Shown: one piece after another, positions 30,990 to 41,240 of the stretch
Layout: every line of letters starts with the position of its first letter
Position numbering within the stretch: position 1 is the stretch's first letter
DNA from: an uncultured delta proteobacterium
GTDB lineage: Bacteria > Desulfobacterota > Desulfobacteria > Desulfobacterales > B30-G6
NCBI GenBank assembly: GCA_963823335.1
Contig: CAWGLD010000001.1
Location: forward strand, 1,088,001-1,152,000
Reading direction: 5' to 3'
DNA length: 64,000 nucleotides
Translations under genes and position numbers: made by a program
Notes under the pieces: generated by a model
The model's database searches: none
Seen by the model: the letters and a program-made list of their open reading frames with translations, nothing else
Told to the model about the DNA's origin: nothing

Positions 30990-32447
30990 TCAGTTTGCCT
31001 CCATCAATTTCTCACCATTTTCTCTGATTTTGCGGATCGCCGACAAGGTTTTATCAGCGAGGGCTGGTGACTCATGAGTCTCGAGAATCTCTTGCAGTTT
31101 TTCCTGGATCACGGCAGCCAGATCTTTGGAGCCTGCCTGGTGCCATGTCTCGCGGGGCTCTCGTGTCATCAAACCCGGCACCCAGAGTTCATCCTTAAAA
31201 TGTTCAAGGGTATGGGTTTCCTGTAAGAAATGCCCGCCGGGCCCCACGTTTTCAATCACTTTACGAGCTAGTGTTTCCTGATTGACCGTAATGCCACGGA
31301 TGAAGCGTTTGGTCATGCCGATATTTTCATTGCCCAAAACCAGTTGAGCCGTCGAGCAAATCATACCGTTGTCCATATAGCCCACGTCATGGATCAGGTT
31401 GAGACCGCCAAGACCTTGGGCCAGAATCGAAAAGGCCGACTCGGCACCGGCTTGTGCATCCAGTACTTTCGCACCTGTTGACCCAGCTAAGCCCCATGTG
31501 GGCAAGCCAAAAGACAATGCCACTTCGGCCTGAGCCGCCAGGGCCAGACTCATTTCAGGGCATGCCAGGGACAGAAGTCCGGAGGACATGTCTAATGCAC
31601 CGAAATTACATCCCATACTGCAAGGACATCCTGGATTCCTGAGTTGGGCCAGCACAACGCACATGAGGGCTTCCGCCGTTCCCTGGACAAGTCCACCAGC
31701 AAGGGTCACCGGGGCTGTCGCCCCGAATTGGATCGATGGGCCCTGCATTTGAGGCAGATTCAGGTCGGCACATGCGAAAATCCTGTCGACGACATCTGCG
31801 GGATGGACCAGGGGAGATATGGGTTCGGGATAGAAAATGAGAAAAGGGCGATCCTGGAGATTTTCCAGTCCCCCGGCAACTTCCGCCGCCATTTCATACA
31901 CCAGTTCCACGCCTTTAGGCGTGTAGCCGATAAAGACAATGGGCTTGGTGGTATTTGTTACAACGGCTTCAAATTCATACAGGTCTGCAACGGTAGGTGG
32001 AACATCCTGAACCGAACCCATGGGCATAACCCAGTCGATGTGTTCCAAGGCATCAGCGACTTTGGCCCCATTGGCGATATCGGTAACCAGCGTTGGATGA
32101 ATGTCACCTGTAAGCGCATCCATGGTATTGGGGCTGGCGGTGGACGTGCCATAATAGCTTTTGCGTCCCTCCACCTGCAGGGCCGGTCGGCCATCGCGGC
32201 TGTAGATCGTGTATCCCTTGGGAGTAGTCTCCAGACATGCATTCACCACATGCTCAGGGATCTTCACATGGTCGTCTTTGACAATACAGCCGACCTGTTT
32301 GAGCATTTTTCTGGCGCCTTTGTGAAGTACCTTGAATCCTACCTTGGCCATGACATCATAGCTGGCACGTTTGATTTCCTCCACCTGGTCGTTGGTAAGT
32401 ACCTGGAACGAAAGCGATTTTTTTTCAACTAAGCCTGTCTGTATCAT
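30990..32447 (-). CDS. MttB-family corrinoid methyltransferase, non-pyrrolysine
   Basis: EPISPLVH, GATAPVTLAG, GLAGSTGAKVLDAQAG, NLIHDVGYMD, VGPGGHFL; no in-frame TAG. Confidence 0.92.
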   Translation of the reverse strand: MIQTGLVEKKSLSFQVLTNDQVEEIKRASYDVMAKVGFKVLHKGARKMLKQVGCIVKDDHVKIPEHVVNACLETTPKGYTIYSRDGRPALQVEGRKSYYGTSTASPNTMDALTGDIHPTLVTDIANGAKVADALEHIDWVMPMGSVQDVPPTVADLYEFEAVVTNTTKPIVFIGYTPKGVELVYEMAAEVAGGLENLQDRPFLIFYPEPISPLVHPADVVDRIFACADLNLPQMQGPSIQFGATAPVTLAGGLVQGTAEALMCVVLAQLRNPGCPCSMGCNFGALDMSSGLLSLACPEMSLALAAQAEVALSFGLPTWGLAGSTGAKVLDAQAGAESAFSILAQGLGGLNLIHDVGYMDNGMICSTAQLVLGNENIGMTKRFIRGITVNQETLARKVIENVGPGGHFLQETHTLEHFKDELWVPGLMTREPRETWHQAGSKDLAAVIQEKLQEILETHESPALADKTLSAIRKIRENGEKLMEAN

Positions 32448-32619
32448 AATGCCTCCTCAAGGATCCATGCGCCATTCGCATCGCGTATAAATATTAATCT
32501 TTCTCATATCGTACAACGGAAATACTATCCATCAGACGTTATAGCACCTTCGTATTGACATTGGTTTTTCGATATTCAATAGTTATTCACCTCCAAACTT
32601 TTCAAGAAAGGAGAACATA

Positions 32620-33012
32620 ATGAAGATACTTGTGGGTTATAACGACTCGAAGGCAAATGAAAATGTAATAAAGTGGGCTCTTAAACATGGACTCGCATTT
32701 AAAGCAGATGTCCATATCATAACCTCCTTGGAACAAAGTCCTACCTTGAAAAGAGAGCAGATCGATAGAGCTGAAAGCAAGCTGGAAAATCTTAAAAAAC
32801 CTTTCAAAGCAGATGGGATTGTCTGTGAAACCCGCACATCTGTCAGCTACAATTCTCCCGGAGAAGATCTGGTCCGATTTGCCAAAGAAAATGGTATTGA
32901 TGAAATTATTATCGGTGTTAAAAAAAAATCAAAAGTGGGAAAAATAGTTTTTGGGTCCACCGCTCAATATGTCATCCTGAAAGCACACTGCCCGGTTCTT
33001 GCTGTCAAATGA
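32620..33012 (+). CDS. Universal stress protein
   Basis: MKILVGY, IIIG..KKSKVGKIVFGSTAQYVIL..HCPVLAVK. Confidence 0.92.
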   Translation: MKILVGYNDSKANENVIKWALKHGLAFKADVHIITSLEQSPTLKREQIDRAESKLENLKKPFKADGIVCETRTSVSYNSPGEDLVRFAKENGIDEIIIGVKKKSKVGKIVFGSTAQYVILKAHCPVLAVK

Positions 33013-33344
33013 ATATCGAAAACAACCTCATTGTACTTGTCACAGCGATACGCCATTTTTTAGAAGGTCTCAACAACGTTCATTTGAAACCATTTCTGGC
33101 TAACTGGTCTTCCACAACGTGTGTGACAGGTTCTTTCGCGCCGAACAGTCTTCCCGTTCTTTCCTATAACAGGAAGATCCCTCTGGCAGCGGGGTGATCA
33201 AGATTGGATCTATCGATCTCCTGGGCTGCCCATATGTCATGCCTCCTGGGAGTCGCATGACATGAGAACAGAAGCGTATCGTTGCTTGCCCTCTATCTCT
33301 GGCGGGGAGGTGACCTGGTCCAGAAATCACTTCTGACGCCATAG
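33009..33344 (+). pseudogene. Decayed DMSP-lyase-family (DddQ/DddL-like) cupin gene
   Basis: Three joined frames read ...PNSLPVLSY / TGRSLWQRGDQDWIYRSPGLPICHASWESHDMRTEAY / LLALYLWRGGDLVQKSLLTP*; central part missing. Confidence 0.65.
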
Positions 33345-33382
33345 CCGGCCGGTTTAAAATTCAGGATTACCCACAGTTGCGA

Positions 33383-35500
33383 TCAATCGGCACCTAACTG
33401 CCGTATGTGGAGACGTTCCGCTTCATCCGGTACATGGATTACAGGCGCCACCTTTTTCAACTCTTCCATGGAGATATGACATTTGATGACATGACGGTCT
33501 GCCACTGTTTGCTCCGGTGGGAGCTCATTATCGCAAACATCACCAATTCGCCGGTGGCAGCGGGTACAAAATGGGCAGCCTTTGGGCGGATTCATGGCGC
33601 TGGGCAGGTCGCCTTCCAGCACAATTTCACGCTTGGTTACTTCTGGATCAGCGATGGGTACTGCTGATAATAGCGCTTCTGTGTATGGGTGATAGGGTGG
33701 TGCGAAGATCTCCTCCGTTGTCCCTCTTTCAAAGATATGTCCGAGATACATGACCACAATGCGATCCGATATGTAACGAACAACACTTAGATCGTGACTG
33801 ATGAATAGCAATGTTGTTTTATGTTTGCGCTGGATATCCATGAGCAGTTCTGTTACAGCTGCTGCCACTGAAACGTCCAGTGCGGAGACCGGTTCATCTG
33901 CAATGACCATGCTCGGGTTACCTGCAAAGGCCCGGGCAATACCGATACGCTGTTTTTGCCCCCCTGAAAGTTGTCTGGGTTTTCTAAAGTAGAAATCCCT
34001 TGGAAGTTTGACCGTGTCCAGCAGCTTCATAACGCGATCGAATATTTTTTTCTTGTCAGATTCCACACCAAACTTCTTGATTACCCGTGAGATCTGACCA
34101 CCGATACTGTGGCTTGGGTTCAGGGTGTCAAACGGATTTTGAAATACCATCTGAAGTGAGCTGATCTGTTTGGCGCTGCGATCTCGAACGGCGATGTCGG
34201 AAATGTCCTTGCCTTTGTGGCGCACCTCGCCCTCGGTACTTGTCTCCAATCCCATCAGCACCTTGGCAAAGGTTGATTTACCACAACCGGATTCACCAAC
34301 AATCGCTACCGTTTCACCCTCTCTGGCAGTAAAGTTCAACGCTTCATTGGCTTTTACATAACGCGTTCGTTTCCCGCTAATTAAAGCCCGCAGCGAGCTG
34401 TCACGAATCTCATAGTACTTTTTCATGCCGTCTACATTGAGAACCCGTTTACCGAGTTTAAGTGCCTCTTTGACTTCATCAACCGGCGCCGCAAGGCGAT
34501 GATCGATTTCCTTATAGCGTAAACAGCGTACGCGATGGTCGGCCGCACTATCTTCAACATGTTCCATTTTGAAATGCTCAACGTCACACAGTCCGGGTTT
34601 GAAATGATCACAGCGCGGGTGGTAATAACAGCCCTGGGGTCGATCGAATGGTAACGGGAGTTGACCCCGGATCGGTTTTAGCGGGGCAGCGTTCTTGTCA
34701 GCCGTCGGCAACGGAATACAGGCAAATAGGCCGTGGGTGTAAGGGTGCTTTGGCCAGGTAAACAGCGAGTTAATCGTTCCTTCTTCTACAACTTCACCGG
34801 AATACATCACGAATACCCGGTCACATGTTTCCAGAATCAGTCCCAGATTATGGGAGATATAGATCTGGGAAGTGCCATATTTCTTGCTGATTTCAGCCAC
34901 CAGTTTGACGATGCCGGCTTCAACCGTAACATCCAGGGCGGTCGTGGGCTCATCCAGCAGTAACAGAGATGGATTTGACAAAAGCCCCATGGCGATAACC
35001 ACCCTTTGTTGCTGCCCACCAGATAGCTGATGCGGATATGAGTCCATCAGCCGTTCAGGATCAGGCAGCTTGACATCCCCGAGCATCTGCACAGCCCTCT
35101 GTCGCGCTTCTTCTTTGGAAATGCTCTCATGCGCAAGCGGCACCTCTATAAGCTGGGTGCTTATTTTGAGGCTTGGATTCAAAGAGGCAAAAGGCTCCTG
35201 GTAAATCATTGCGATCTCCGATCCTCGAATATGGCGTAGCTCATGCTCCGACAGTTGGGTCAAATCACGGCCTTTGAAGGTGATACTGCCGCTCTTGATA
35301 CCGCCGTTGGCGCCCATGTGTTGCATGATCGCCATGGCAACGGTAGATTTTCCGCAGCCCGATTCGCCGACAATACCGATCGTTTCACCGGGCTTTACCG
35401 TCAACGAAAAATCCACCACCGCAGGAATCTCTCCTGCCCGGGTATAGTAAGAGATGCAGAGATCCTTGCAGACCAGCACCGGTGCTTGATCGTCGTTCAT
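33383..35500 (-). CDS. Dpp/Opp-type ABC transporter, fused double ATPase
   Basis: Two GESGCGKS Walker A motifs, two LSGGQ signatures, Cys-containing C-terminal extensions. Confidence 0.93.
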   Translation of the reverse strand: MNDDQAPVLVCKDLCISYYTRAGEIPAVVDFSLTVKPGETIGIVGESGCGKSTVAMAIMQHMGANGGIKSGSITFKGRDLTQLSEHELRHIRGSEIAMIYQEPFASLNPSLKISTQLIEVPLAHESISKEEARQRAVQMLGDVKLPDPERLMDSYPHQLSGGQQQRVVIAMGLLSNPSLLLLDEPTTALDVTVEAGIVKLVAEISKKYGTSQIYISHNLGLILETCDRVFVMYSGEVVEEGTINSLFTWPKHPYTHGLFACIPLPTADKNAAPLKPIRGQLPLPFDRPQGCYYHPRCDHFKPGLCDVEHFKMEHVEDSAADHRVRCLRYKEIDHRLAAPVDEVKEALKLGKRVLNVDGMKKYYEIRDSSLRALISGKRTRYVKANEALNFTAREGETVAIVGESGCGKSTFAKVLMGLETSTEGEVRHKGKDISDIAVRDRSAKQISSLQMVFQNPFDTLNPSHSIGGQISRVIKKFGVESDKKKIFDRVMKLLDTVKLPRDFYFRKPRQLSGGQKQRIGIARAFAGNPSMVIADEPVSALDVSVAAAVTELLMDIQRKHKTTLLFISHDLSVVRYISDRIVVMYLGHIFERGTTEEIFAPPYHPYTEALLSAVPIADPEVTKREIVLEGDLPSAMNPPKGCPFCTRCHRRIGDVCDNELPPEQTVADRHVIKCHISMEELKKVAPVIHVPDEAERLHIRQLGAD

Positions 35501-35514
35501 ATGTTGCTTCCCTC

Positions 35515-36408
35515 CTAATCACGCAATGAGATTTCACGTAGACCGTCTGCCAGTAGGTTAAACCCCAGGATCAACGAAGATATCGCGATGCAGGGAAAGA
35601 GCGTCATGTGCGGAAAAGCCATGGCCATTTGCCGGGTTTCGTTTACCATGCCACCCCAATCAGGATCCGGTGGCGGTAGACCCAGGCCCAGAAAACCAAG
35701 TACACCGATGGTGATAATGACATAACCCAGGCGTAGGCAGGCATCGACAATAAGTGGGCCACGTGCATTGGGTAAGATTTCAACCAGCATTACGCGCCAG
35801 TCTGATTCACCCCTAGTCTGGGCCGCCGCAACATAGTCACGATTGCGAAGATCCAGCACCAATCCACGCACGATACGCATGATCCCCGGTGAGGATGCAA
35901 AAGTGATGGCAATAATGATGTTAAATCCGGATGCGCCGATGGTGGCGATGATGATAATATACAGCACCAATACCGGAAAAGAGAGAATTATGTCTGCTAT
36001 GCGAGACAGGATATCATCCGTCCAGCCGCCGCGATATCCGGCCGCAAGCCCCATGAAAATACCCAAGGTGTAAGCGCAAATTGTTGCGAGGGGTGCATAA
36101 ATCAGCACCGTACGCGAGCCCCAAATAATACGGGACAGGATATCCCGCCCGATATGATCGGTGCCGAGCCAGAATGTGCCGCCGACCTTGACCGCCTCCA
36201 TACCCGGTTTGGCAAACGGTTGGATGGACGAGTTGGGGTCAAACGGTGCAATCAACGGTGCCAAGATGGCAACCAGCACCCAGAATAAAACAAGGAAGGC
36301 CCCCAACATACCGACCCAACTCTCCCGCAACAGAGCAAAAGATTTCAGACCACGCCACAAAGCCGCGCCATATCCAGCCGTGGGCATTTCTGTTATAGAT
36401 GTCGTCAT
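35515..36408 (-). CDS. Dpp/Opp-type ABC permease (DppC-like)
   Basis: LGTDHIGRDILSR, DYVAAAQTRG, LGFLGLG..PPDPDWG. Confidence 0.92.
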   Translation of the reverse strand: MTTSITEMPTAGYGAALWRGLKSFALLRESWVGMLGAFLVLFWVLVAILAPLIAPFDPNSSIQPFAKPGMEAVKVGGTFWLGTDHIGRDILSRIIWGSRTVLIYAPLATICAYTLGIFMGLAAGYRGGWTDDILSRIADIILSFPVLVLYIIIIATIGASGFNIIIAITFASSPGIMRIVRGLVLDLRNRDYVAAAQTRGESDWRVMLVEILPNARGPLIVDACLRLGYVIITIGVLGFLGLGLPPPDPDWGGMVNETRQMAMAFPHMTLFPCIAISSLILGFNLLADGLREISLRD

Positions 36409-36423
36409 GAGTATAAAGCCTCC

Positions 36424-37359
36424 TTAGCTGAAACGGATACGGGGATTGAGAAACGTGTAGCCAATATCGGCGAGGGTTTGCGTCGTAACTGCAACACAAA
36501 CGGCCACCATGGCGCACGCTTCCAGAAGGGCGATATCGTTGTTAAGAGAAGCTTCCAGGATCAGCGCACCAAAGCCCTTGTAAGCAAAGAAAAACTCAAC
36601 CACAATGACCCCTGACAACAGCCAGTTGATCTGCAGCATGATAACTGTGAAGGGTGCGATGAGTGCGTTGCGTAATGCATGTTTTATAATCACCGATTTG
36701 TAGGGCAGACCTTTCAGTACGGCCGTCCGTATATACTGAGAGGTCATTACTTCGGCCATGGATGCCCGGGTCATACGGGCGACATAGCCAAAATCATAGA
36801 CGATCAGAACCATGGCAGGCATAACCAACTGTTTGAACTCGAACCCGCCCGACATGCTGCTGGTGCCCGGCAACCATTTCAGACCGAAGACAAAAAGGGC
36901 GGAGAAAATTACCGCGCTGGCAAATTCCGGCACAGACGTTGTCAAAATGCCGAACACCGAGATAGCTCTATCGAGCTTAGAGCCTTCCTTCATGCCCGAC
37001 AGGACGCCTAATATCAATGATAAGGGGATCATAATCGCAAACGTCCAAAACCCCAATATGGCAGTATTCCATAGCCGGGGTAACATCACATCAGCGACAG
37101 GGCTTTTAAATCGGATGGATTCCCCAAGGTTTCCGGTCGCAAAATTGCCCAGCCACTTCACATAACGTAATATCACGGGTTGATTATACCCGTGTTGTTC
37201 CCGCCACATCTCCCGCTGTTCTTCGTTTGAAAATTGGCCCAGCACCCGGGCTGCCGGATCACCCGTAAGCTCTGTTTCCAGCAACATAAAAAGAATCAGC
37301 GATACGACAAGCATGGTAAAAATCATGAATCCGAAACGCTTTACCACCAAGGTGACCAT
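36424..37359 (-). CDS. Dpp/Opp-type ABC permease (DppB-like)
   Basis: GDPAARVLG, YIRTAVLKGL, HALRNAL, LNPRIR; GGAGG RBS before ATG 37359. Confidence 0.92.
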   Translation of the reverse strand: MVTLVVKRFGFMIFTMLVVSLILFMLLETELTGDPAARVLGQFSNEEQREMWREQHGYNQPVILRYVKWLGNFATGNLGESIRFKSPVADVMLPRLWNTAILGFWTFAIMIPLSLILGVLSGMKEGSKLDRAISVFGILTTSVPEFASAVIFSALFVFGLKWLPGTSSMSGGFEFKQLVMPAMVLIVYDFGYVARMTRASMAEVMTSQYIRTAVLKGLPYKSVIIKHALRNALIAPFTVIMLQINWLLSGVIVVEFFFAYKGFGALILEASLNNDIALLEACAMVAVCVAVTTQTLADIGYTFLNPRIRFS

Positions 37360-37398
37360 ATGGGTGCCTCCTGATATAATGATAGGTTTTGGGGGAGA

Positions 37399-37438
37399 TT
37401 CCAGGGCGGGGAACGTCGCAGCGCTCCCCGCCCCGGAA
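37399..37438 (-). other. GC-rich intercistronic stem-loop after the binding-protein gene
   Basis: TTCCAGGGCGGGGA...TCCCCGCCCCGGAA imperfect inverted repeat; usual position for an mRNA-stabilising hairpin. Confidence 0.55.
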
Positions 37439-37452
37439 TGCACGCTATTTTA

Positions 37453-39120
37453 CTAGGTCAGAGAGACCTTGTGGAAGCGGTAGTATCGGGTTGGATGCAT
37501 TTCAAAGCCCACGACACTGTCACGGACCGCAGTGAATACGGAACGGAAGAAGGGCTGGATTAGAACGGCGTCATCCTGTAGAATTTTCTCAACCTTCTCC
37601 ATTTTGGCCCGGCGTTGTTCAATATTCAGTGTTGATTCTGCCTCGGTCAAGGCCGCATCAAACGCAGGGTTGGCATAACTGGACTCATTCCAGGGTACAC
37701 CGGTGCGGTAGGCCAGACCCAGTACCATGACGGCCAGGGGCCGGTGGGTCCAGGAGGTCAGGCTCAAGGGCGCCTTGGTCCAGACATCCCAATATGATGC
37801 CATGGGCATCACATTCATTTTGATATTGATCCCGGCTTTGGCGGCATCTTCTTTGAGCACGGCAACGGAGTCCTGCTCCCAAACGCCGTCCGTATTCCCC
37901 ACATTGCAGGTCAATTCAATGCCATTGGGGTATCCGGCCTCGGCCAGCAGTTTTTTTGCCCCTGCAATGTCCTGCTTGATCGGCGGCAGGGCAAAATATT
38001 CAGGGTGGATAGTGGCCACATGATGGTGTTCCGCAACGATCCCTAAACCCTGGTGAGCGATATCGAGCTGTCGCTGGGCATCGCAGGTTTTCTGCACGGC
38101 TTTGCGTACGCGGATATCGGTAAACGGCTTCTCGGTAACTTTCATGCGAATAACACCGGTCTGGGTCGATGGTATGTCGACAACCTTGATTCCCGGAATA
38201 TTCTTGGCCGCCTCCAGGGTCGTCAGGTCAAGATTGTAGATGACATCCACCTGCTTTGAAGCGATAGCGGCCAGATAAGCACCGGCATCTTCCCCCAGAT
38301 CAATAATGCGAATCTCATCCAGAAAGACCTCACCGCCCCACCAGGGTTCTTTACGTTTTTTAAGGACAGCCAGTTCACCAACCCTGAACTCGGTGAGGGT
38401 ATATGGACCGGTTCCCACGGGATTTTTGGATAGATCCCCGCCTTCTTTTTCAAAATTTCTGTGAACGATGCCAGTCGGATAATTGTAAAGATTTTCAGGA
38501 ATCGACAACACCGGCGAGTTCAGATTGAGTTGAACCGTATGCCCATCCACTTTCTGCACCGCAGTTTTAGACATGCGTTTGATCATGTTGCCTTTGGCAT
38601 CTTTCTCACCGGTCTCCTCGAGCATGGCATCGAACAGACCCAGATTGGATGACCCGGTTTTTGGATCGAGCCAGCGGGTAAAATTAAACACCACATCGTC
38701 TGCATTGAAATCATCGCCGTTGGACCATTTGACCCCTTTGCGCAGATGGAAGGTCCAGGTTTTCAGATCATCGGATGCCTCCCAGCTGGTTGCCAGAGAT
38801 GGTCGGGTGATATTATCCGGACCGGTCTCTACCAGGTACTCGGTGATATGGCGAGAAACGATGGATTTCTGGGTCCATGAATACGTTGCGGGGTCGGCCA
38901 TTTCTTGCACCTGCATGCCATATTTTAATACGCCGCCTTTTTTCTGTGTGGCGGCTATGGCAGATGAAACAAAACCCGGTAACCCTGCCATACTGTAGGC
39001 TGCCGTTGCCGAAACACCCAGCAACGTGACCGTGCGTAGAAATTCGCGTCGTGAGCACTTGCCGTCAGCTAGAGCTTTTTTCATTTGTTCAACACCAGGG
39101 TGCACTTTTTTTGTCTTCAT
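37453..39120 (-). CDS. Family-5 ABC substrate-binding protein with Tat signal
   Basis: SRREFL twin-arginine motif; [31 protein letters not shown]. Confidence 0.92.
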   Translation of the reverse strand: MKTKKVHPGVEQMKKALADGKCSRREFLRTVTLLGVSATAAYSMAGLPGFVSSAIAATQKKGGVLKYGMQVQEMADPATYSWTQKSIVSRHITEYLVETGPDNITRPSLATSWEASDDLKTWTFHLRKGVKWSNGDDFNADDVVFNFTRWLDPKTGSSNLGLFDAMLEETGEKDAKGNMIKRMSKTAVQKVDGHTVQLNLNSPVLSIPENLYNYPTGIVHRNFEKEGGDLSKNPVGTGPYTLTEFRVGELAVLKKRKEPWWGGEVFLDEIRIIDLGEDAGAYLAAIASKQVDVIYNLDLTTLEAAKNIPGIKVVDIPSTQTGVIRMKVTEKPFTDIRVRKAVQKTCDAQRQLDIAHQGLGIVAEHHHVATIHPEYFALPPIKQDIAGAKKLLAEAGYPNGIELTCNVGNTDGVWEQDSVAVLKEDAAKAGINIKMNVMPMASYWDVWTKAPLSLTSWTHRPLAVMVLGLAYRTGVPWNESSYANPAFDAALTEAESTLNIEQRRAKMEKVEKILQDDAVLIQPFFRSVFTAVRDSVVGFEMHPTRYYRFHKVSLT

Positions 39121-39469
39121 GATGATTTCCTCCTCTTCAATTTATCGGATTGGTAAGAAAGATCCCTGCAGCCGGTATAGACATTTCGCCTGCAGCAATA
39201 TAATAAGGATTAAAATCAATATATTAGATGCGTTGGCAAGACTTGTTAAGTCCCCCAGTATGTAACTAAATTGTTGTTATCAGCGTAATTGCTATCTAAT
39301 TAATTCTATTCAGATGTATTAAAAGCGGGTATGGACTAAATGAGATCCATGCATAACCGCCAGAAAGGCATAACGTTATGCGGTGTAAGGCAGAATGCCA
39401 AACAATAAGTGTATATATTTAGAAAATTAAAGATTTTATGTCAAGCATTTATCCCGGTAGCGACTTGCT

Positions 39470-39946
39470 TTAATTGTACTTGGCCAGATAATCATCCGGG
39501 ATTTGTACGGCCACAACCTTTCCCCTGGCGCAAAGGGTGTCACCGGAGTACAGGTCAATGGAAACCACGACTTTCCTGCCTTTGATCTCATCAATTTTGC
39601 CGCGCATGAGAATTTCCTGCTTGATGGGTACGGGAGCGAGATAATCCACGTGCAGGGATGCGGTTACGAAACGGGAAAGCGGCTCGGTGCCGAGCGTCTT
39701 ACCATCGTTTCTGTGCTTTGCCGCTGAAGCCGTTCCGGCGGCATGACAGTCGATGAGGGAAGCCACCAGACCGCCATACACGAAATTCTGGGCGCCGGTG
39801 TGAAAAGGTTCCGGCTGAAACCGGCAGACGGTCTCGTCGCCATCCCAGAAACTCTTGAGTTGATGACCATGTTCATTCAGTCTTCCACAGCCGTAGCAGA
39901 TGGCAAAATCATCGGGGTAGTAATCTTGAAAACCTTTTTCAGTCAT
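39470..39946 (-). CDS. PaaI/hotdog-fold thioesterase
   Basis: CYGCG..N..G, VYGGLVASLIDCH, VTASLHVDYLAP. Confidence 0.85.
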   Translation of the reverse strand: MTEKGFQDYYPDDFAICYGCGRLNEHGHQLKSFWDGDETVCRFQPEPFHTGAQNFVYGGLVASLIDCHAAGTASAAKHRNDGKTLGTEPLSRFVTASLHVDYLAPVPIKQEILMRGKIDEIKGRKVVVSIDLYSGDTLCARGKVVAVQIPDDYLAKYN

Positions 39947-40151
39947 GTGTTTCTCCTTCTCGTTTTTGGGAACCTATCCTATATCACAAATGCAGGTTTG
40001 TCTCCAAGCGTTTGCCCGGCGCATCCGCAGGAAATTCGTATGGAAGCACCACGTCCGTTCACTGTCGAATGTTGATCCGATCTGTTTTTTTTCTTGACAA
40101 TTTTCCGGCTACGGAATAGATAAAACAGCTTCATTTGCTGTGTTCAGACAA

Positions 40152-40227
40152 TCCCTGGTAGCTCAATCGGCAGAGCGGGTGGCTGTTAACCACTAGGTTG
40201 TAGGTTCAAGTCCTACCCAGGGAGCCA
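40152..40227 (+). tRNA. tRNA-Asn (GTT)
   Basis: TCCCTGG/CCAGGGA acceptor stem, anticodon loop CTGTTAA, GGTTCAAGTCC T-arm, encoded CCA; 76 nt. Confidence 0.97.
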
Positions 40228-40233
40228 AAACTC

Positions 40234-40269
40234 AAGCTCTGTCTTTGAAATTTAGACAGAGCTTTTTTA
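40234..40269 (+). terminator. Rho-independent terminator between tRNA-Asn and the convergent AEC gene
   Basis: AAGCTCTGTCT-loop-AGACAGAGCTT followed by a T run. Confidence 0.8.
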
Positions 40270-40276
40270 TTTAATT

Positions 40277-41197
40277 TTACCCCGCAACATTCAGCCAGAA
40301 GGTATAGGCCAGCGACGACAGCAGTGTGCTCATGGAGATGGCTATCACAGCAAAATCCGGGTCACCTTTCATTTCTTTTGCCATGACATAGGAGATGGTC
40401 GCTGTGGGGGATGCCAGCAGGATGAGTCCCGGGAGGTACTCCCCGGGAGGAAAGCCCATGGCACGAAAGACGACATAGCCCAAACCCGGCATGAGGAACA
40501 GCTTGATGGTGCTTGATGAAAGAACCCATTTCATTTTATGACGGATTTCCTGAAAAGAGATAGACGCCCCAATGATGAGCAGGGCCATGGGCAGTGCCAG
40601 GCCACTCAGGATATCGAGGCTTTGCTGAGCGATCAGCGGAATGGAAATATTGAAAAACGAGCAGACAATACCGGCCATTGCCGATAAAATGACCGGATTC
40701 CCGGCGATGTTTCTGAAGATGGTTCGAGCATGCCCGGCCGAATCCGGCTGATAGGCGTTGACGGTCAGGGACAGGACCGATAATAGATTTTGCACGATCA
40801 TCAAGAATCCGGTCAGGATGCTGGCTTTGACCAATCCGTCTTCCCCCAGGTAGTAGAACGCTACGGCAAGACCTATGTAGCCAAGGTTGCCGTGAAATGA
40901 AGACTGGATATAGGACCCCAGTTGGCCCTGTTTCAGCCGGTGGAGTTTTCCTAAAATCCAGGCCAGAATGAAACCGAGCATGGCAGTTGCAATGGTAATG
41001 ACCAGGATGCCTATATTGAAGTGCGCCGTCAGGGTCGCCCTGGATATGGCGCTGAATATCATGGCTGGTAAGGCCAGATAGAAAACAAGCGAATTGGCCG
41101 GCCCGATGAAGTCTGTGTGAATAAATCCCTTTTTTCTGGATATCCACCCCAGCAGGATAATGGCAAAAACAGGGATGATGGTGGCGAAAATATTCAT
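40277..41197 (-). CDS. AEC (auxin efflux carrier) family transporter
   Basis: LVFYLALPAMIF, GNLGYIGL, ASPTATISYVMA; about 10 hydrophobic segments. Confidence 0.88.
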   Translation of the reverse strand: MNIFATIIPVFAIILLGWISRKKGFIHTDFIGPANSLVFYLALPAMIFSAISRATLTAHFNIGILVITIATAMLGFILAWILGKLHRLKQGQLGSYIQSSFHGNLGYIGLAVAFYYLGEDGLVKASILTGFLMIVQNLLSVLSLTVNAYQPDSAGHARTIFRNIAGNPVILSAMAGIVCSFFNISIPLIAQQSLDILSGLALPMALLIIGASISFQEIRHKMKWVLSSSTIKLFLMPGLGYVVFRAMGFPPGEYLPGLILLASPTATISYVMAKEMKGDPDFAVIAISMSTLLSSLAYTFWLNVAG

Positions 41198-41240
41198 TAT
41201 AGAAGCGACAACGTCTTGTTTTATAATCCGTGTTACGAAT

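Noticed and set aside
10955-32447. Pyrrolysine (amber) read-through in the MttB genes
   Set aside because: All three ORFs are continuous through the region equivalent to the Pyl site; no pyl genes in the window
40152-40227. tRNA-Asn as an integration site for the catabolic island
   Set aside because: No integrase and no duplicated tRNA 3' end found in the window
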